A stretch of DNA of 64,000 nt. Source: an uncultured Chloroflexia bacterium (GTDB taxonomy: Bacteria; Chloroflexota; Limnocylindria; Limnocylindrales; CSP1-4). Shown in pieces: positions 1 through 9,141 of the stretch. Below the pieces are notes generated by a model. The model was not told the origin of the DNA, searched no databases, and was given only the letters and a program-made list of their open reading frames with translations. Positions within the stretch are counted from its first letter, which is position 1. Every line of letters begins with the position of its first letter. Position numbers and translations under genes: made by a program. The DNA is taken from NCBI GenBank assembly GCA_963736895.1, contig CAVTQU010000008.1, positions 119,920 through 183,919 on the forward strand. Reading direction: 5' to 3'.

Positions 1-141
1 GACCTGATGGTGCAGCGGAACGGGGCCGGGTCGGAGCAAGAAGGGTGCTCTCGCCAAGTGGCTCCCCAGGCTACGAATGCCGATGATGCCGACCGGGATT
101 CGGGGTTGTCAGGCCCGCGATTGCTGATAACGTTATAAGCA

Positions 142-1446
142 ATGTCAAGCCCATCGGCAGCCACTCCGGCGGCGTCGATAAAGGTCGCGGTGATCGGCGG
201 CGGCAGCACCTATACGCCCGAGCTCATCGAGGGCATCGCGCATCGCAACGACCGCCTTCCGGTGGACGAGCTGGTCCTCATGGATCTGAACGCGGAGCGT
301 CTCGAACTGATTGGCGGCCTGTCTCGGCGGATCATGAGCCGACTCGGTTGGCAGGGCCGCATCACGACCACCCTGTCGCGCGACGAGGCAATCGACGGCG
401 CGACATTCGTACTCGTGCAGCTGCGGATTGGCGGCCAGCAGGCAAGACTGACCGACGAGACGGTCCCTCCCCAATTCGGCACGATCGGGCAGGAAACCAC
501 CGGCGCCGGCGGCTTCGCCAAGGCGCTGCGGACCGTGCAGCCCGTCCTGGAGCTGGGCGAGCTGACTGGTAGACGAGGCGCGCCCGGAGCTTGGCTGGTC
601 GACTTCACCAACCCCGTTGGGATCATCACCCAGGCGCTGCTGGATGCCGGCCACCGGGCCGTGGGTCTGTGCAACGTGGCAATCGGCCTCCAGCGCCGAC
701 TGGCCGCCCGCTTCGGAGTCGAGCCCGAGGACGTCCAGCTTGGCCACGTTGGCCTGAACCACCTGACGTGGGTTCGCCACGTGTGGGTGGACGGCGAGGA
801 CCGGCTACCAGCTTTGCTCGACGAGGCCGCCGAAGACATGGCCGATGAAGCCGGCGGCATGCCCGTTGAGCTGGTTCGCATCCTGAAAGCCGTCCCTTCG
901 TCCTACCTTCGTTACTACTACTGCTTCAACGATGTCCTGCGCGAGCAGCAGGCGGGCGAGCAGACGCGCGCCAACGCGGTGATGGACATCGAGAACCAGC
1001 TGCTCGAGCTGTACAAGGACCCGAACCTCGATACGAAGCCAGCCTTGCTGGAGAACCGCGGCGGCGCCTTCTACAGCGAGGCAGCCGCGCAGCTCATGGC
1101 GTCACTGCACGATGGACGCGGCGACGTCCAGGTGGTCGACACGCGAAACGACGGCGCGATCGCCGACCTGCCCGACGACGCTGTGGTCGAAGTCCCGGCA
1201 CGCATCGACCGGGACGGACCGCACCCGCTGCCCGCCGCCGAGCTGACCCCCGAGATGCGCGGCCTCGTCCAGCACGCCAAGGCCTACGAACAACTGGCGG
1301 TTGAGGCGGCCGTGACCGGAGACAGGGACGTGGCCCTGCGGGCGCTCATGGCGAACCCGCTCGTGGGCCGATATGACATCGCGCGGCCACTCCTCGATGA
1401 GCTGCTGCGCATCAACGAGGCTTACCTGCCGCAGTTCAACCGCTGA
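142..1446 (+). CDS. Glycoside hydrolase family 4, NAD-dependent 6-phospho-beta-glucosidase / alpha-glucosidase type
   Basis: 434-aa intact ORF. N-terminal KVAVIGGGSTYTPELIEG Rossmann motif is typical of GH4 (CelF/BglT-like); length fits the family. Confidence 0.85.
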   Translation: MSSPSAATPAASIKVAVIGGGSTYTPELIEGIAHRNDRLPVDELVLMDLNAERLELIGGLSRRIMSRLGWQGRITTTLSRDEAIDGATFVLVQLRIGGQQARLTDETVPPQFGTIGQETTGAGGFAKALRTVQPVLELGELTGRRGAPGAWLVDFTNPVGIITQALLDAGHRAVGLCNVAIGLQRRLAARFGVEPEDVQLGHVGLNHLTWVRHVWVDGEDRLPALLDEAAEDMADEAGGMPVELVRILKAVPSSYLRYYYCFNDVLREQQAGEQTRANAVMDIENQLLELYKDPNLDTKPALLENRGGAFYSEAAAQLMASLHDGRGDVQVVDTRNDGAIADLPDDAVVEVPARIDRDGPHPLPAAELTPEMRGLVQHAKAYEQLAVEAAVTGDRDVALRALMANPLVGRYDIARPLLDELLRINEAYLPQFNR

Positions 1447-1641
1447 GCCGGTTGCGGCCGTGGCCACGAACGGTTAGGCGACGACTCCTATGGCGAAGTT
1501 GGCTGCGTAGCCGCTCCCTGCGCGTGCTGGCGCGAGCACGAGCTCGCTGCTGAAGACGCCGTCGTTGGCGTTGGTGGTGTCCTGCGTTCCCCGCCCCGAG
1601 TAGGGCGTCTGGGCGAGCTAGACCCCGCCTGTGAATCGCGA

Positions 1642-2739
1642 TTAAAGAAGCGAGCCGAACAACCTCTCGTTGACCATCACCGCGTAGCGGTCGGTCATGC
1701 CCGCGACGTAGTCCACCACCTGGGTTGTCAGGTCGGCTTCGCTGTCGCGGTAGGTCGTGGGCAGCTCGTCGGGGTGATCCAGGTGGTAGTCGACCAATCG
1801 CCTGATCAAGGCGACCGCGGGCTCGGTGTGGATGCGCTGCTCCGGCGAGAGATAGACGCGCTCGAACATGAACTGGCGCAGCTCGATCATCACCTCGAGA
1901 GTCGGCGGATCCATCCGCACCTCGCCCGTTCTCAGGCTCTCGTCGATGACGGCGGTGATCATCTCTTCGATCCACTCTCGCCCTGGAGGTCCGAACCGCT
2001 CCAGCGCTCGCGATGGAAAGTCACCTGGTGAAAGGACACCGGCGCGCAGCGCGTCAAGCGCGTCGTGGGTGAGGTACGCGATGCGATCGCCGTAACGGAC
2101 GGTCATCGCCTCGGGCGTGGCCGGCGGAGGCTTGACCTTCCACGAATGGGCTCGAATCCCGTCGCGCACCTCCCAGGTCAGGTTGAGGTTCTCGAGGATG
2201 TCGAAGATGCGCACGCTCTGGGCGGCGTGGTGCCAGCCGATCCCCGGGAAGTACGGGGACAGCGCCTCTTCGCCGGTGTGCCCAAACGGCGAGTGCCCGA
2301 CGTCGTGGCCGAGCGCGATTGCCTCTGACAGCGACTCATTGAGGCTCAGCGCGGCGGCGATCGATCTTGAGATCTGCGTGACCTGCAGGGTGTGCGATAG
2401 CCGGGTAATGAAGTGATCGCCGTCGGGGTTGATGAAGACCTGCGTCTTGTGCTTCAACCGGCGGAACGCCTTCGAGTGGAGGATGCGGTCACGGTCGCGC
2501 TCGAACGCGGTTCGAAACTCATCCGGTACCTCGGGCCGGGCACGGCCGCGTGAGCTTGCGGAGCGCGTCGCAGCGGGTGCCAGACGCTCTTCCTCTGCTT
2601 CGCGCGCGAGCCGGTCGCGACGCACCAGGTTCGCCGTCTTCGGCGGCGATTGAACTCCCATCAGGAGCACATTCTCGGCGTCCGGGCTTACCCGTGGGTT
2701 ACTCGTCGGTAATCCGTTGCACGACGCGGAAGTACTCAC
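1642..2739 (-). CDS. dgt: dGTP triphosphohydrolase-like HD-domain phosphohydrolase (dGTPase family)
   Basis: FERDRDRILHSKAFRRLKHKTQVF followed by HD motif (LGHDVGHSPFGH). An internal Met (MGVQSPP, about 2661) may be the true start and would remove the overlap with the upstream ASCH gene. Confidence 0.85.
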   Translation of the reverse strand: MSTSASCNGLPTSNPRVSPDAENVLLMGVQSPPKTANLVRRDRLAREAEEERLAPAATRSASSRGRARPEVPDEFRTAFERDRDRILHSKAFRRLKHKTQVFINPDGDHFITRLSHTLQVTQISRSIAAALSLNESLSEAIALGHDVGHSPFGHTGEEALSPYFPGIGWHHAAQSVRIFDILENLNLTWEVRDGIRAHSWKVKPPPATPEAMTVRYGDRIAYLTHDALDALRAGVLSPGDFPSRALERFGPPGREWIEEMITAVIDESLRTGEVRMDPPTLEVMIELRQFMFERVYLSPEQRIHTEPAVALIRRLVDYHLDHPDELPTTYRDSEADLTTQVVDYVAGMTDRYAVMVNERLFGSLL

Positions 2740-3127
2740 ACAGGATCAGCGTCTCGTCGATGATCTCGTGCTCCGACCAGAAACGCTCGTGGGCGGCGCG
2801 CCAATCGGCGACCGATTCGAAGCCCTCGCCCTCGTCGCGCGCGAACTGCAGGCTCACGTCTCCGGCCGGAACCAGCTTGGCGCTCGTTGTTTCGACGACC
2901 GCGACTGGTTCGTCGTCATAGCCCAGCATCATCCAGCGATCGCCGGCCTTGGGCAGCGGCTCTTCCGTGTGCGGGGCGAACTCGCTAGCCAGACCTGCCG
3001 TGGCGATCTTGTCGCCGCGCAGGACGGCCTCGACAAGCTTCCGTCGCAGGTCGGTTCGCGGATAGCCCAGGCCGAACGGCGGGAGCTCGGGAATTGGCGG
3101 CCGCTTGGGCGGCCGGTCGTCGGTCAC
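2699..3127 (-). CDS. ASCH-domain protein (small RNA-binding-like fold), function unknown
   Basis: C-terminal ~140 aa resemble ASCH/YqfB-like proteins. Likely start is GTG at 3127, overlapping the stop of the upstream methyltransferase gene (GTGA overlap). The longer ORF-track N-terminus is probably not coding. Confidence 0.5.
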   Translation of the reverse strand: MTDDRPPKRPPIPELPPFGLGYPRTDLRRKLVEAVLRGDKIATAGLASEFAPHTEEPLPKAGDRWMMLGYDDEPVAVVETTSAKLVPAGDVSLQFARDEGEGFESVADWRAAHERFWSEHEIIDETLILCEYFRVVQRITDE

Positions 3128-3780
3128 GCGCCGGTCATGTCCAACTTCGTGGCGACGATGTAGCAGCGCTGGCTCTGGAATTCGATGTCCGGGTATGGCG
3201 GTCGGACCACCGATGACTCGATCTGGAATCCTGCGGCCCCCAACAGACGCGTGATCAGGTCGGCCTCCAGGAACCGAAAGTCGAGCACGACTGGCATTTC
3301 CCACCACTGTTCGCGACGCAACACCTCGTCGCCGACGTGGAAAGCGAGCGCCAGGCGGCCGTCGTGGCGCAGAACGCGGGCCATCTCTGCGAAGGCGGTC
3401 GCGAGCTGCGCATCGTCGAAATGGATGATCGAGTAGAAGGCGATCACACCGCCCAGGCTTCCGTCGGCGAAGGGCAACGCCAGCATGTCGCCGACGACGA
3501 CCTTGACCGTCGGGAAGAGACGGCGGGCCTGCTCGACCATCTGCGGCGAGAGATCGAGGCCGCTGATGTCGACGCCGCGACTGGCGATGTACGCAGCCAC
3601 GTGAGCCGGGCCGCAGCCGAGCTCCACGATATGACCCTTGCCCATGACCGACTCCGCGAAGTTCTCCAGGAACTGGCGGTCGAACGGCTTGTTGTCCAGC
3701 TCGTTGGCGATCTCGTCGGCGTATTTGCGCGCAACGGTGTCATACGTGGCGCGCGTGTCTTCTTCGCGGAAAGTAATGGT
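3124..3780 (-). CDS. Class I SAM-dependent methyltransferase
   Basis: Motif I ELGCGPAH, then typical MTase fold. The reading frame stays open and protein-like (TITFREEDTRATYDTVARKYADEIANELDNKPFDRQFLENFAESV) for 45 codons upstream of the ORF-track ATG at 3645. No canonical start lies between 3646 and 3780, so the start is unresolved (CTG/ATT, or a local indel). Confidence 0.75.
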   Translation of the reverse strand, partial: TITFREEDTRATYDTVARKYADEIANELDNKPFDRQFLENFAESVMGKGHIVELGCGPAHVAAYIASRGVDISGLDLSPQMVEQARRLFPTVKVVVGDMLALPFADGSLGGVIAFYSIIHFDDAQLATAFAEMARVLRHDGRLALAFHVGDEVLRREQWWEMPVVLDFRFLEADLITRLLGAAGFQIESSVVRPPYPDIEFQSQRCYIVATKLDMTGA

Positions 3781-5309
3781 CAGCCTCCGCCGCCGACTGG
3801 GCCCGTCGGGCGCTTGTAGCCCTCCGGCATACGCGGCTCGAACTTGAAGCCGCCGGCCACGCCAGGCTCGGTGAGCTCGTGTGGGTCGAGGATCTGGTTG
3901 ACCTCATCCTCGGTGAAGACGCCGCGCTCAACGACCAGCTGGCGAATCGTCTTGCCGGTGGCGACTGCTTCCTTGGCGATGTCGGCGGCGAGGGCATAGC
4001 CGATGTAGGGCGCCAGCGGCGTCGCCATGGCCGAGGACTGCTCGAGCAGCCACGCCGACCTCTCGACATCGGCTTCGATACCGGCCACGCATTCGCGTGC
4101 GAACTGGCGGCAGCCTGTGGTCAGGATCGTCAGCGACTCGAGCACCTCGTGGGCCATGATCGGCATCATCACGTTGAGCTCCAGCTGGCCGCGCGAGGCG
4201 GCCCAGGCGACAGTCGTGTCGGCGCCGATCACGTGGTACGAGATCATTGCCAGGTTCTCGACCATCACCGGGTTCACTTTGCCGGGCATGATCGACGAGC
4301 CCGGCTGGCGAGCCGGCAGCTTGATCTCGGCAAAGCCGGTGCGCGGTCCGGAGGACATGAGAAGCAGGTCCTCGCAGATCTTCGCCAGGTCCACAGCCAG
4401 CCCGCGAAGCGCGGCGGAAACGGCGAGCATCGGGGCCATCGATTGCGTGGCATGGACGAGTTGCTCCGCCGGTCGAAGCTGGTGGCCCGTCTGTTCGGAC
4501 AGTATCTGGACGACCAGTCGGATGTACTCGGGTTCGGCATTCAGGCCCGTCCCGACGGCCGTCGCGCCGATGTTCTGTTCCAGCAGTCCGTCCGCGGCCG
4601 CGCCAATCGCGTTGCGAGCGCGGCGAATGGTCAGCGCGTAGGCGCTGAACTCCTGTCCCAGCCGGATCGGCACCGCGTCCTGCATGTGCGTGCGGCCCGA
4701 CTTGAGGACGTTGTCGAATGCCACGCCGCGCTCCGCGAACGCATCCGCGAGCTCGTCCAGAACGGGGAGCAGCTCCTCAACGCGATCCAGAGTCGCGATG
4801 CGCATGGCTGTCGGGAACGTGTCGTTCGTCGACTGGGCCATGTTCACGTGGTCGTTGGGGTTCACGACCGAGTAATCGCCGCGCTGCCCGCTGCCGAAGC
4901 CGGAGCTGGCAAGAATCTCGATCGCCCGGTTGGCCAGCACCTCGTTGGTGTTCATGTTGTGGCTGACACCAGCGCCGGCCTGGAAGGGATCGACGCGAAA
5001 GTTGTCGATCAGTGTGGCCTGTCGGACCCGGCCTTCATCGGTGGTCGAATCGAGCGCCAAACCAAGGATTTCGTCCGCCGCCTGGATAATCGCTGCGGCA
5101 ATGTGCGGCTCCAGCCGTCCCGTCTGGCCGTTAGCCCGCGCGGCGGCTTTCTTGACCTGCACTGCGGCGCGGACCAGCGCGATGTCCGGCCGCCGGCCGC
5201 TGATCGGGAAGTTGTTGATCGCCCGCTGCGTCTGGACGCCGAAAAAGGCGTCAGCCGGAACCTCGAGCGGGCCAAGAGGATCCTTTTCAGTTCGTGTGCC
5301 CTCACTCAT
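3780..5309 (-). CDS. aspA: Aspartate ammonia-lyase / class II fumarase family enzyme (closer to aspartase)
   Basis: 509 aa. Fumarate-lyase signature GSSIMPGKVNP. The N-terminus and the QLELNVMMP region resemble AspA more than FumC (judged from remembered sequences). Unusual Gly-rich C-terminal tail ...PTGPVGGGG. Confidence 0.85.
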   Translation of the reverse strand: MSEGTRTEKDPLGPLEVPADAFFGVQTQRAINNFPISGRRPDIALVRAAVQVKKAAARANGQTGRLEPHIAAAIIQAADEILGLALDSTTDEGRVRQATLIDNFRVDPFQAGAGVSHNMNTNEVLANRAIEILASSGFGSGQRGDYSVVNPNDHVNMAQSTNDTFPTAMRIATLDRVEELLPVLDELADAFAERGVAFDNVLKSGRTHMQDAVPIRLGQEFSAYALTIRRARNAIGAAADGLLEQNIGATAVGTGLNAEPEYIRLVVQILSEQTGHQLRPAEQLVHATQSMAPMLAVSAALRGLAVDLAKICEDLLLMSSGPRTGFAEIKLPARQPGSSIMPGKVNPVMVENLAMISYHVIGADTTVAWAASRGQLELNVMMPIMAHEVLESLTILTTGCRQFARECVAGIEADVERSAWLLEQSSAMATPLAPYIGYALAADIAKEAVATGKTIRQLVVERGVFTEDEVNQILDPHELTEPGVAGGFKFEPRMPEGYKRPTGPVGGGG

Positions 5310-5339
5310 CCATTCGAGTGTACGGCGCAGACTCAGGCC

Positions 5340-6668
5340 TCAGTTGGCAGGCTCGACCGCGTACCACAGCTCACGCGGCTGACTGTCGCCGTCTCCCACA
5401 CCGAACAAGATATGTGGTCGCCCGTGTGTAGCTACGGCCAGGGAGAGCGGGACGTAGGGATAGTTCGGCGCGGAGGAAACCTGATCTGACACGAAGCTCC
5501 CTGAGGCATTCGACCAGTGCCAGACCCCATCGACTCCAACGGATGCCAAGTGGATCGTCCCGTCCGCAGCCGCAGCGATTTCTCGGGGATTTTGGTCCTC
5601 CACGAGTTCAATCGGCTCAATCCATCCGTTTGCGTCACGCGTCGAAATGAATAAATCACTAACCTCAAGGATGTCGTCGTAGTTGTGATACAGGACGTGG
5701 GACCGTCCCGTTGCATCGGTTGCCAGGTCATCAAGGTAGTCGTAGTTTGCCTTCGTACCCGGAACCGGCTCGAGCGCGAAATCCTCTTTTCGGCTCGCGA
5801 GATGGATGCCGGTTTCGCCTAGCAGCCCGCACTGATCGTTGGCCGCAATCAATGGCGTCCCGTCCGCTGCCAGAGCAAGGTCGAAGTTCTCACTGCTTCG
5901 TACTGCTCTGGACTTGATCCACTCACCCGTCTCGTTCGTTGCATAGGCAACCGGGCTGAACTCGTCGCATGCCGTGTCGTCCCCCTCGAAGTCGGCGTAT
6001 GCCACGTGGAACACGCCGTGCCGATAGGCGAGCTGAGGATTAAGCCCCGGGCCGATGCCTACCGGTACCTCCCAGGCCGCGGAGGTGTAGCGCGCGACGT
6101 AGATTTCGATGCCGTAACAGCCCATGATGCTGCACCCGGCGCGCGAAAAAGCCACGGCCACGGACCCAGAATCATCGATCGCGATCGATGGACCGCCATC
6201 CTTGATGCTTCCCTCGGGAGGGATGCCGAATCGCTCGCGCGTCCACTTTCCAGTCGCATTGGTCAGGTAAACGAGTCCGCGATTGTCGCTCAGGACGGCG
6301 TGAACGCTGCCCTCCGGGTCGACCGCCATCGAAACGGTGTTGAAGCTTCGATCCCAGACCTGAGTGAGCTCCCACAAGGACGTGGCCGTTTGGGTCGGGA
6401 TCGAACTCGGCGAAGTACTCGGAGTCGCGCCCAGGGACACGGTCGGACTTGGCGAAGCGGTCTGGGTAGGGCTGACCGTCGCCGTTTCGATGGGAGGTGC
6501 ACTCTGGAACGCGCTCGGCGTGGCTGTCAGTGAGGCAGTTGGTTGACTCGTTGACTGTGCGACGGGTGTTCCCGTGGCGGGTGGTGCTGGAGTCGTTGAG
6601 ATCGGCGGCGTGCCGACAGGCGCGGCACAGCCGACGATTAGGACGGCGACGAACGCAAAGGCGTGCAT
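5340..6668 (-). CDS. Lipoprotein with Pro/Thr-rich linker and repeated ~40-aa blades (predicted beta-propeller); paralog A
   Basis: Signal peptide plus lipobox LIVGC, ~90-aa PT-rich linker, then six or more repeats of the form TxxxGxWxx...DGxxHhhY. The probable start (MHAFAFV, ATG at 6668) overlaps the stop of the upstream paralog (ATGA). Confidence 0.6.
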   Translation of the reverse strand: MHAFAFVAVLIVGCAAPVGTPPISTTPAPPATGTPVAQSTSQPTASLTATPSAFQSAPPIETATVSPTQTASPSPTVSLGATPSTSPSSIPTQTATSLWELTQVWDRSFNTVSMAVDPEGSVHAVLSDNRGLVYLTNATGKWTRERFGIPPEGSIKDGGPSIAIDDSGSVAVAFSRAGCSIMGCYGIEIYVARYTSAAWEVPVGIGPGLNPQLAYRHGVFHVAYADFEGDDTACDEFSPVAYATNETGEWIKSRAVRSSENFDLALAADGTPLIAANDQCGLLGETGIHLASRKEDFALEPVPGTKANYDYLDDLATDATGRSHVLYHNYDDILEVSDLFISTRDANGWIEPIELVEDQNPREIAAAADGTIHLASVGVDGVWHWSNASGSFVSDQVSSAPNYPYVPLSLAVATHGRPHILFGVGDGDSQPRELWYAVEPAN

Positions 6669-8056
6669 CACAGCGGCGGCCCGACGAGATACCACAACCC
6701 TTCCTCTCCCTCGTCATACGGCGTGGAGAAGAAGACGTGCGGCCGCCCGAGATGGTCAACGGTGATCACCTGCGGCGGACTCGGTGCGTCATAGGCGAAA
6801 CGAGCAGAGTCGTCCAGGTGACGCGAATCGGAAGCCTCATTCGAGAGGCTCGCATACCAGAGCCCTTCATCGGAGAACTTCTCCAGCTCATGCAGCTCGT
6901 ACACGACATGCAGGGCGCCAGATGGACCGAACGCGGCGTCATCCAGGTTGCTGTCGGCGACTTGCTCCGGAGAACTCCATTCGGGCCCTTCAAGGCGAAT
7001 CGCGTATGCGCGGTACCCATGTCGTTCCTCCCACTGGTCGAAGATCACCACCGGGCGGTCGAGAGGATCGATCAAGAAGGCATCGATGCCGCCGTCGGTG
7101 TCCATATCCAGCGGTACTTCTGCCGTGCTGAGCTCATCTCCCTGTGGTGATGAGATGAATGCGCCGCCAAGGTCACCGCCATAAGCAATCCACGGAGTTC
7201 CATCCGACGCTACCTCGATCCCCGACGGGTTACCGCTTCCAATGTCGTGGATCGTCCACTGGTCAGATGGATTCGTTGCGTAGTACAGAGACGTCTCCTG
7301 TCGAGCGCGATCGAACGTACTGAAGGCCGCGTGCAGTACGCCGTCATGAACTGCGAGCAACGAACCTTGTCCCATCGGGTCGGGGAGCTTCACGGGATCT
7401 GACCAGGAACCGCCGACATTGTTGGTCACGTACTGGCCGTCATATCGACTGTGCGGCCGAGGACATTCGAATCCGCAGGGGTTGTAGAACGACCAGCGCG
7501 TGTAGGAGAACCAGAGAGAACCATCTGTGTCGACGCCGGCCCATACGAGTCCATCGGTTCCCTCGGCGGGTGGCTGGGTAAGTTGGTCTTCGCTCCAGGT
7601 TCCGCCCGAATTCGTCAGATGAACGATTCCCTCACCGCGATGGTCTGTCGAACCGAAGAGCTGCAGATTTCCCGTGGTGTCCACGATCGCCACCATTCCC
7701 CACGGAACGGTGTCGGAGATCCGGACCGCGTCTGACCACTTTGCTGTCAGTGCAGGGGTGGCTGTTGGCGGTACGGGTGTCTCAATTGGTTCTGGCGTAG
7801 GGATGGGCGTCGGGTCGGGTGTTGAGGTACGAATTGGCGGTTCAGGAGTGGCCGAGGAGCTCGGTGTAGCCACGACAGCGCCGACCGTGGCCGTAGCTAC
7901 CGGCGTGGCAGTTGCCGGCGCGACTGATTCAGCGGCGGGGCTGATTGTCGTAGTCGGTGTCGGTGTCTGTGACGGCGCCGATCCGATTGCGCAGCCCGTG
8001 AATGCAAGCGCGAGGATCAACAGTACGGACTTGTGACGGTCGCCTCGTGTGGGCAC
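6668..8056 (-). CDS. Lipoprotein with Pro/Thr-rich linker and beta-propeller-like repeats; paralog B
   Basis: Signal peptide plus lipobox AFTGC, PT-rich linker, and the same repeat architecture as 5340..6668 (GGTWSED, GGSWSDP, DGTPWIAY...). Confidence 0.6.
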   Translation of the reverse strand: MPTRGDRHKSVLLILALAFTGCAIGSAPSQTPTPTTTISPAAESVAPATATPVATATVGAVVATPSSSATPEPPIRTSTPDPTPIPTPEPIETPVPPTATPALTAKWSDAVRISDTVPWGMVAIVDTTGNLQLFGSTDHRGEGIVHLTNSGGTWSEDQLTQPPAEGTDGLVWAGVDTDGSLWFSYTRWSFYNPCGFECPRPHSRYDGQYVTNNVGGSWSDPVKLPDPMGQGSLLAVHDGVLHAAFSTFDRARQETSLYYATNPSDQWTIHDIGSGNPSGIEVASDGTPWIAYGGDLGGAFISSPQGDELSTAEVPLDMDTDGGIDAFLIDPLDRPVVIFDQWEERHGYRAYAIRLEGPEWSSPEQVADSNLDDAAFGPSGALHVVYELHELEKFSDEGLWYASLSNEASDSRHLDDSARFAYDAPSPPQVITVDHLGRPHVFFSTPYDEGEEGLWYLVGPPL

Positions 8057-8119
8057 TCGAGTGTTCTCCTGCGGCCCCCCAAACCCCGGGCGATCGTAGC
8101 CGGGCTGGCCCGATTTCCA

Positions 8120-8151
8120 TTACTGATTCGATTACTGATTCAGCTACTGAG
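8120..8151. repeat. Tandem 12-bp direct repeat, about 2.6 copies (TTACTGATTCGA / TTACTGATTCAG / CTACTGAG)
   Basis: Seen directly in the 170-bp intergenic region upstream of the lipoprotein-B start and downstream of the small secreted gene. Confidence 0.7.
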
Positions 8152-8228
8152 TGCGGGAGTGGAAACGCGTGATGAGGCCCGCCCCTTGCGGGACGAGCCT
8201 CTCGGAGGTGACCGACGGGGGGCGTCAG

Positions 8229-8483
8229 TCAGCGCTCAAAGCAGAAGTACTGCATCGCCTGGCCGGGGTTCGCCTGCTTGCCGTCGGGATGCGCCCAACC
8301 CCAGGTCGAGTTGGGGCCACCCATCGGATCGTCGGTCACCGATGCCACGAATTTGACGACCGGCCCGACGCTCCCTTCGCACTGGCCTGGCGACGCTGTG
8401 GCAAAACCGGGAACCATGGCCGCGGTCAGCATGCCGGCAGCAAGGGCGATAGAAAATCGCTTCTTCGAGATCCTCGAGAACAT
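8229..8483 (-). CDS. Small secreted protein (84 aa, signal peptide, 2 Cys), unknown function
   Basis: N-terminal signal peptide (SIALAAGMLTAAMVPGFATA); coding-like composition. Confidence 0.4.
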   Translation of the reverse strand: MFSRISKKRFSIALAAGMLTAAMVPGFATASPGQCEGSVGPVVKFVASVTDDPMGGPNSTWGWAHPDGKQANPGQAMQYFCFER

Positions 8484-8528
8484 GCCCGTCTCCTTTGATT
8501 GCTGGTCGAATGTGTTGTGGGTGGGTGA

Positions 8529-9047
8529 TCAGAGACCAAGGGCCTCGATCATGATCTGGCAGTAGAGATCCGTTTCCGACACCAGGAACGGATGCGGTCC
8601 GCCAATTACTACGACATCGGTGCCGAGGTAGTTGTCGCTGGCGTCGAAGTGGTCGTAGAAAGCGACTCGACCCACGTCGTGGCCAAGCAGGCCGCCGCCG
8701 ACCTGCCGCAGCTGCAGGGGCTGACCAACCCGAAAAGTAACGATGGTGTACGCACCATTGCCATCGTCGATGAACGCGAGCTTGCCACCGCCGGAGAAGC
8801 TCTCGACGACGCCGGCGCCGTTGACGGGGTTCGTCCACGTTCTGGCGATGTGGCCGAATGCCCTGTCGTCCCACCCGTTGAGGACGCCTTTGAACGTTAC
8901 ATCGACAGCCTCACCGGTGCCGCAAAAGTTTGGATCTGTGTCGGTTCCATTGAGCGTTTGGTGATCGGGGCCTGCAGCGAGGACCGATCCGACGCCCAGC
9001 GTTAGCACAAGAACGGCGCCGAGGGCGAGCGAAATCAACGAGCGCAT
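8529..9047 (-). CDS. Secreted protein of unknown function (signal peptide)
   Basis: MRSLISLALGAVLVLTLGVGSVLAAG signal peptide; Gly/Asp-rich mature region. The true start is probably the internal Met at 9047. Confidence 0.45.
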   Translation of the reverse strand: MRSLISLALGAVLVLTLGVGSVLAAGPDHQTLNGTDTDPNFCGTGEAVDVTFKGVLNGWDDRAFGHIARTWTNPVNGAGVVESFSGGGKLAFIDDGNGAYTIVTFRVGQPLQLRQVGGGLLGHDVGRVAFYDHFDASDNYLGTDVVVIGGPHPFLVSETDLYCQIMIEALGL

Positions 9048-9141
9048 GCGGACAGCTCCTTCCAATTGGTGAGTCAGATTTGGGTAGACGGAGTGGAGCC
9101 TGCTTACTCAGCCGGCGACGCTCGCGCGCAGTTGGTGACGT

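Noticed and set aside
3879-5489. 536-aa plus-strand ORF antisense to the aspartase gene
   Set aside because: Arg/Gly/Asp-rich low-complexity translation typical of the antisense frame of a high-GC gene; no motifs. The opposite-strand lyase is unambiguous.
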